From the NCBI GenBank assembly GCA_013265495.1, contig MU059903.1, forward strand, positions 62,001 to 126,000: a stretch of 64,000 nt of DNA, read 5' to 3'. Positions 58,251 to 64,000 of this stretch are shown in pieces. This DNA is from Vicugna vicugna. Taxonomy: Eukaryota. The notes beneath the pieces are model-generated. The model did not search any database. It saw only the letters and a list, made by a program, of their open reading frames with translations, and was not told the origin of the DNA. The position numbers were made by a program, and so were the translations under genes. Every line of letters starts with the position of its first letter. Positions within the stretch are counted from its first letter, which is position 1.

Positions 58251-60264
58251 AGAGTAACCACATACTTCAGCACTGGTACCTAAGTGACAGATCCATGGCA
58301 GTTCTGAAAGCCTAGCCCAGCCAGGAGGGCGGTGAGGCCAGAGGAAGGCGACGGCCCAAGAAAACCCAAGGGTCGGGGCTGGAGGTCTGCGTGTGTCCGC
58401 CTGCTCTGCGCCTTCGTCTCCCGAGGGCTCTCGGCTTCCCTTTGGGTGGCCCCCCAACCGCTTCCCCACCCCCAGTTCCATGGTCCTTCCCATTGAGCTT
58501 GAACTCGGCCTCCCCACTGACCCTGGGACGGGCCCGTCCAGGTGATCGCCGCACCCCTCCCAGGTTGACGGCCAGGTGCCGACACAGCGTGGGGGGGGGT
58601 CCGGGGGCCATGCTGCGTGGCCCCCACCACGTGAGCCACACGCCCCTCTGCAGCACAGGCTGTGCTTTAGGGCTTAGAAGGCCCACGCCTGGAGCACGCG
58701 TGGGGCGGCCTCGCTTTGAGAACAGCCCCTCTGGGCAGCACACTAATTATGCCCGGTGAGCAACCTTCCCGCCACGTTTGTAACGGTCCAGTCTCTGCCT
58801 GGCTGGAGTTTTATGAACTTGTCTCGTTAGTGCAGCCAATCCCCTCATCTTTACATGGTGCCACGTGGCCTTTGTTTACCCAGATGTTGTCACCACAGAG
58901 AGCTCCCTCACAGACCCTGTCCTAAAGGCGCCCCTTCAGACGGCGGCGGCGGCACGGTCACCCCGAGGAGGCTGTGAGACACAGCACTTACCTGGCCGGG
59001 AGCTTGTTCTGAGGAGGCGGCTGAAATCAACTTCTCAAAGATCCACCTCTCTTCCTCAGAAAATTAACAGAACCGCAACTTCTGGTTGGGCCCAGGGCTG
59101 TAACACTTCCCAGTCCCCCTCGGAACTGTGTGTGGCCCTGTGACCAAGCTTTTTCTCATGAAATGCAAGCAGAAGGGACGTGTTGCAAGCGACTTCGGCA
59201 CAGTCTCTCTGAGAGGGAAGGAGCGTGCCTTTTTTCCCCTCCCTCCACCGCCCTGCTGCTTGGAACATGGAGCTGATGGGTGGAGTACCACAGCCCTCTC
59301 AGGCCACGAGAGCCAGGGCCACCCCCAGGGACGGCACAGCAGAGTCTGGGGAGCGACTCCCACGGATCCTGCGTCCACCAAGGCAACCTGGCTGCCCAGC
59401 TCTGCAGTTCTGTTCTTTTCTTTCTTTTTATTATTTTAATTTTTAGGTCTCTATTCCCTGGTACTCAACCTACTCACAATGGAGAAGAACTTCTCCTGAT
59501 GATGAACGCATTATCAGTTCCCTCCCAAAGGCTGACAGTTCGCCTCAGGCTGTTAGATTAATCCCAATCTCCATCTCTCGCCGAGTCAGAGTCTCCCTGG
59601 CCAGGGTCGCCTTCTCACCAAACACACACGGTCACGCCGACCCCTTGGTTTGCAACGTTTTTCCCGCTGTCGCTTGCATGGGCTTTTTTCCCCTCGAGAA
59701 GAAACCTAACAGAACGAACCCGCGGGAGCCAGAGCCCTTCCAGCCCCTGTGCTCGGTACCTCCCTTCAGAGGGTCTCCTGCTCCCAGGCTTGGCTGGGTG
59801 GGGGGCAGTTTACCGCAGCTCGATCGAAGGTCTGCATCTCTATGTCCTGGTGGGGGCGCCAGCTGGCGGCCGTGAAAAGACCCAGAACCGGATAGAGGCC
59901 CGTCCTGCTGCATTTAGACACGACTCTCCGCTTAGGTCAGACGTCAAAGCGGACAACTTCCAGTCTGAAAACGTGCAGGTTTAATGAGAAGGAGAGCAGC
60001 TGGCTTTGCCCTTGTCCTGAACTTGGGCTCCAGCGACCTAACTGTGGACACCATCTTCTGTAAAGACTAGCCACTTCATGTGGTCAGTCCCAGGCACCGT
60101 GGTTCTCAGTCCTGCTCCTTCCATGGACTTCACGTCTGAGGATGGTAATCACCTGTCAACAAAACACCAGCAACGAACAGCGATCAAAGTGAGCCTGTGC
60201 TGGCCGGCACGCTGTGTAGGCACAGCCTCGCCCAGCTCTCTGTACCCCTGCGCCACAGAACTAC

Positions 60265-60390
60265 GCAAACTACTCCCATTACACAGGTGGTGACACTGCA
60301 GCACAGAGAGGTTAAGCTACTTACCGAGGTCACACAGCAGCAGGGGCTGGGCCAGGCCTGGAATCGGAGCCTTATCTTAAACACTCTGCT
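60265..60390 (-). mobile_element. MIR SINE
   Basis: CCCATTACACAGGTGGTGACACTGCAGCACAGAGAGGTTAAGCTACTTACCGAGGTCACACAGC. Confidence 0.8.
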
Positions 60391-60435
60391 CCAATGCCTG
60401 CCCATGCAGGGACTCTGCCCTCCCAGGAGTTATAC

Positions 60436-61083
60436 ACACAGGTAGTCGGAATTCTGGACCGACAACTCACCTCCTTGTCTAACTTTATTTGCGCCCTTGA
60501 AATAAGTCACTGCAGAGCTTTCAGGGCTGTCCACTGAGCTGTGCAGAGCAGTGAAACGTCTGAGTAGCCTGAAGTGCCGCTCCCAGACGAGGGCTCGCGG
60601 GCAGCACTCCACCCTCCTGGGTCATCTCGCCCCGTGAACAAAGGTCCTCTTCGCAGTCTACTTAGTGCCACCATTTTCACATTTTTGTGCTTTTTTGTTG
60701 CTGATAATTTCACCGTTTGAAATGGCCCCCAAACGTGGCACTGAAACGCCGTCAACTTTTCTGAAGTCCAAGAAGGGTGCAGTGTGCCTCACGAAGAAAC
60801 GCGTGCATACACACGTCAGATGTGCTTCCTTCGGCACGAGGTACTGTGCTGCTGGCCGCGGGCTCCATGTGCTGCGTCAGCAACACATATAACATGTCTT
60901 CAACAGATCCACACGTGGAGCAGGGCTGTGCATGAGCGGTCGGTGACTGTGCTGTGACTAGAGGGTGGCAGGGACCTCAGCCTGCATCTCCCCAGGAGCC
61001 ACGGCCAGGACTGAACTGCTGGTTCAGGGTTCACGGTGACTGTATGGGACACGACTGCTGCAAATAACGAGGACAGGGAGCTG
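60436..61083. mobile_element. Non-autonomous TcMar-Tigger DNA transposon, near full length (subfamily uncertain)
   Basis: TAGTGCCACCATTTTCACATTTTTGTGCTTTTTTGTTG...GAAATGGCCCCCAA...CAAGAAGGGTGCAGTGTGCCTCACG...GCAAATAACGAGG; includes the start of a Tigger transposase-like ORF (MAPKR...KSKKGAVCLTKK). Confidence 0.8.
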
Positions 61084-62651
61084 CAACTTGCTCCTTCTGC
61101 GTTTAAGTTCAGGTTCTACCTGAATTCTCAGCTCCGCCCACAGCATGTTGCAGCTGACGGGAAGGCTCTGCTGCTGCTGTCACAGAGACCCGTGAAATGA
61201 CCAGCCTGCCACCCAGGTCTGGCCACCGCCGGCTGGTCTGTGAGCCACAGCTCAGGACTCACGATCCTTCCCAGGTGTCCCTCTGAGGAGCACAGGATGA
61301 GGGGGCCCGATGGTCAGGTGAGGGCTTGGCAGCCACGGCCCCCAGGGTGGCTCTGTGGGCTCCTTTGGGTCTGGGCTTCTCGGCATAGGAGGGGGTATTT
61401 ATGTTGGCTCTAAGCCAGGAAATAACTTTCCAAGCCAGCGGAACATCAAACCATCCTGTTTAGAGCAAGATGACAAAGGAGGCATTCAGCTAAGCTGGAC
61501 GCCGGATTACACAGGAATACCCTGGAAGCCACACACAGATCACCCCCTCTGAAGACGCAGATTGCAGATGGGTGCAGGAAACACCGAGGCAGCAATACAT
61601 GGGTGCAGACGAGCCTTGCACTGGTGGGTTGGGCTCCTCCGAGCCTCAGGCGTACCAAGCATCTCCAAACAGAGTCCTGATCAGCAGAGCCAGGCTTGCT
61701 TCCTAAAGGTTCAGCTCTGTCCCCCTTCCCTGGCTCTAGCATCGCTCCCACGACACGCGGAAAAAAGTCTATACCTCACTGAACCTTTACTCTGGCATGC
61801 TTTGAGCTGAAGTGAATACTTTTTAGGGCAAACCTCAACCATCAGGGGGAACGTGAGGGAGGTCAGTGACGTTGCTCAGAACTGCAGACGAGAGCGGCCA
61901 AGGAGCCCAGGCGGAACCCAGCATCAGCACCACGGCCAGCGCTCCCATTGTGCCCTCCTGTCTTCACCCAGGGAGAAGCGAAGCTCATCTTCTGGGATCT
62001 TCTGCCCCATATCGATGTGTTTAGAGTTAATTAAGTCCTCTGCTGAGTCTTCCTGTTTTATAGGTGTGCATGCGATCTATTCTGAACCTGCTAATTTAAC
62101 TAATTAGCCTTCAAATGCATCATTCTTTAAGTAACCTTTTTCTTGACTAATGCTCAATAATTTCAGCGGGTTTTCATGGACTGCAACAAGGAAAAGTCAC
62201 AGCTCATTTTTCTCCAAAACAGTTTTCTAGCTTTTGAGGTCAATGTGGTTCACAGTCACTCCATGTTTTACAAAGCCCATGAAAGGACATGGCTGGGGTG
62301 GGGGGTCCATGTGCCAGGAGGCCTGGAGAGCAGGTGGCTCCCGCGAGGATGAGATGCTAACTCAGAGGACCCTGTTTCACTTCGCCTCTTGATCTTCAAA
62401 AGGCGGAACAGGACGCACCCTCCAAGCCCTCGGGGGGCTGTGGTTCAAGCTCGTTGGATGCCTTTCATAGCCTCAGCCTGGGCAGGAGGCACTTCAGAGA
62501 AGGATGTTCTTCCTCTAGTGTCTGAGAAGACGGAAAACCTGCAGTCCACTGGCTGCAGAAGCCTGCTGCCTGCGTTGTTGGTGGAAGGGGCTGTGGCACT
62601 GCACGTGCTCAAAACTCCTGTTCTTCTTGGGCAGGCTGTCCCACAGGGCAT

Positions 62652-62980
62652 TGTGTCAGCTATCTACTGCTGTGTAACAAATTACCCCAAACACAGTGGC
62701 TTAAATGATGTGTGTTATGGAACAGTTCTGTGGTTCTGTGGCTCAGGTGCTGCCTCAAGGGGTGGCCTGGCTCAGGGTCCCCCACAGGCTGCCATGGAGG
62801 ACTGGCTGAGGCTGTGGTCATCTCACAGCAGGGTGGGAGAAGGATGGGCTTCCAGGCTCAGCCAATTGGCTGTTGCACTGAGAGCTGCTCTCAGCTCCCA
62901 GCCTCTCTGCATGGCACCCAGTGTCATCAGGGGGAGTCTGAAAGTGAGGAAAAGACGGGGTCTCAGTGTTCTGTGACCTG
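62652..62980 (-). mobile_element. MLT1F/G/H-like LTR
   Basis: TGTGTCAGCTATCTACTGCTGTGTAACAAATTACCCCAAACACAGTGGCTTAAA. Confidence 0.8.
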
Positions 62981-62999
62981 CACTTGTGTCAGCGCCTCC

Positions 63000-63130
63000 C
63001 AGGTGGACATCCAAGCCCTGCCTGCTGCCCCTGAGCTCTGGACCATAACTAACTGATCACTTGATGTCGCCACTTGCATTTCCAGTGGGCACCTTCAGTT
63101 TAACACAGCTAAAGCAGAACTCCAGATTCC
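63000..63130 (+). mobile_element. L2 LINE remnant
   Basis: CCCCTGAGCTCTGGAC...AACTGATCACTTGATGTCGCCACTTG...TTTAACACAGCTAAAGCAGAACTC. Confidence 0.6.
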
Positions 63131-64000
63131 AGAGAGACTCCTGATTTCCCCACGGCACTGAGGGATTTTAAAATTCCCTTTACATTAATCTGTGGTAAGC
63201 GGCAAAGGGCTAGCAAAGTTTAAAGCGGTTGGTCAAAGAGCTCATTTTCAGCCACTTTGGCAAAACATTTATGGAGCAGTTAAAATAAATTATTTCTATT
63301 GATCAAAAGTTAGGTTTTTAAAGTAAAGTATTGCCTTTTATTCCCCCAAATACTATCTTGACGCTAAAACACTGAGGAAAAGCAGGACTGAGCTGCTGAC
63401 CCCGACCCCCCTCCCCGTGGTCGGCGGAGCCTTGTCCACAGAGACCTCAGAGTGGGTCTGGGCCGGCTCTGCTCTCCAGGGCGCCCTGGGCGGGCTGCGT
63501 CCTGCCTTGGATGCCTGCATCCCCACTAGTGAGTACAAAGTGAGCCTGCCCCACGGAGGCCAGAGTCGGTGCTCTCTGAAACGCCCGGCTCAGATGAGAC
63601 GTCTTAGAACCTTCTCTAATGGAGCTGAAACAGAACGGAGAATGTTTCATGAACACTTGGTGATCAGAGATCCAGGCTCTATTACCAAGTTAAACATCAA
63701 GGAACCCATGTGCCATATGCGGCAGCTCTGCACACGAGGCCACGTCACGTACACGTGAGCTTCAGCACCCAGAGAAGAGCACAAATCGCCGAAGTGGGCT
63801 AGGCCGCCCGGCAGAGTGTTGCTGTGCACCAGGACGGGGGCTCTGGTGGTACGCGGACAGAAAAAGGCCCCTGGACAACCACATGGAGCACACACAGCAG
63901 GGGCCAGGGGCAGGCGTGCTTTAATCGGCCTTCCTTGGCAAGATGCTAGCAATGCAAAGATCCCTGTCTTAGGAGGCAGAGACAGGCACGGAGCCAAAGA

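Noticed and set aside
58986-59010. ACTTACCTGGC resembling the 5' end of U1 snRNA (also at 55635)
   Set aside because: The match stops after about 11 nt and no U1 stem-loops or Sm site follow; it is simply the complement of a splice donor
1-64000. Prokaryotic-type systems (operons, CRISPR arrays, defence islands) and tRNA/rRNA genes
   Set aside because: Mammalian retroposons throughout; no repeat-spacer array, no dense ORF tiling, no tRNA A/B-box cloverleaf or rRNA motifs seen

Overview
This is mammalian, GC- and CpG-rich, apparently non-genic DNA with three short N gaps. It is probably camelid: the L1 3' ends are cetartiodactyl-type, yet there are no Bov-A/BovB, PRE1 or CHR SINEs (inference from remembered consensus sequences). 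I find no recognisable protein-coding gene, tRNA/rRNA/snRNA gene, processed pseudogene or CRISPR array. The only ORFs I can identify are LINE-1 ORF2 fragments; the other long ORFs look like GC-rich shadow ORFs. The window holds about 30 interspersed-repeat remnants (L1 of several ages, MIR, L2, MLT1/MLT2/MER21 LTRs, MER5/20/33/53 and Tigger DNA transposons), including two nested insertions and two younger L1s with target-site duplications. Subfamily names are by eye and need RepeatMasker/Dfam confirmation. I do not see a novel gene system. Best leads: (1) a series of AT-rich, repeat-free islands dense in homeodomain, PBX-HOX, MEIS, TCF and FOX motifs, typical of a developmental enhancer desert; (2) two orphan CpG islands, one carrying a candidate minus-strand first exon; (3) copies of the same L1 3' end showing graded AT-to-GC change, consistent with GC-biased gene conversion. 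The locus cannot be identified without alignment.
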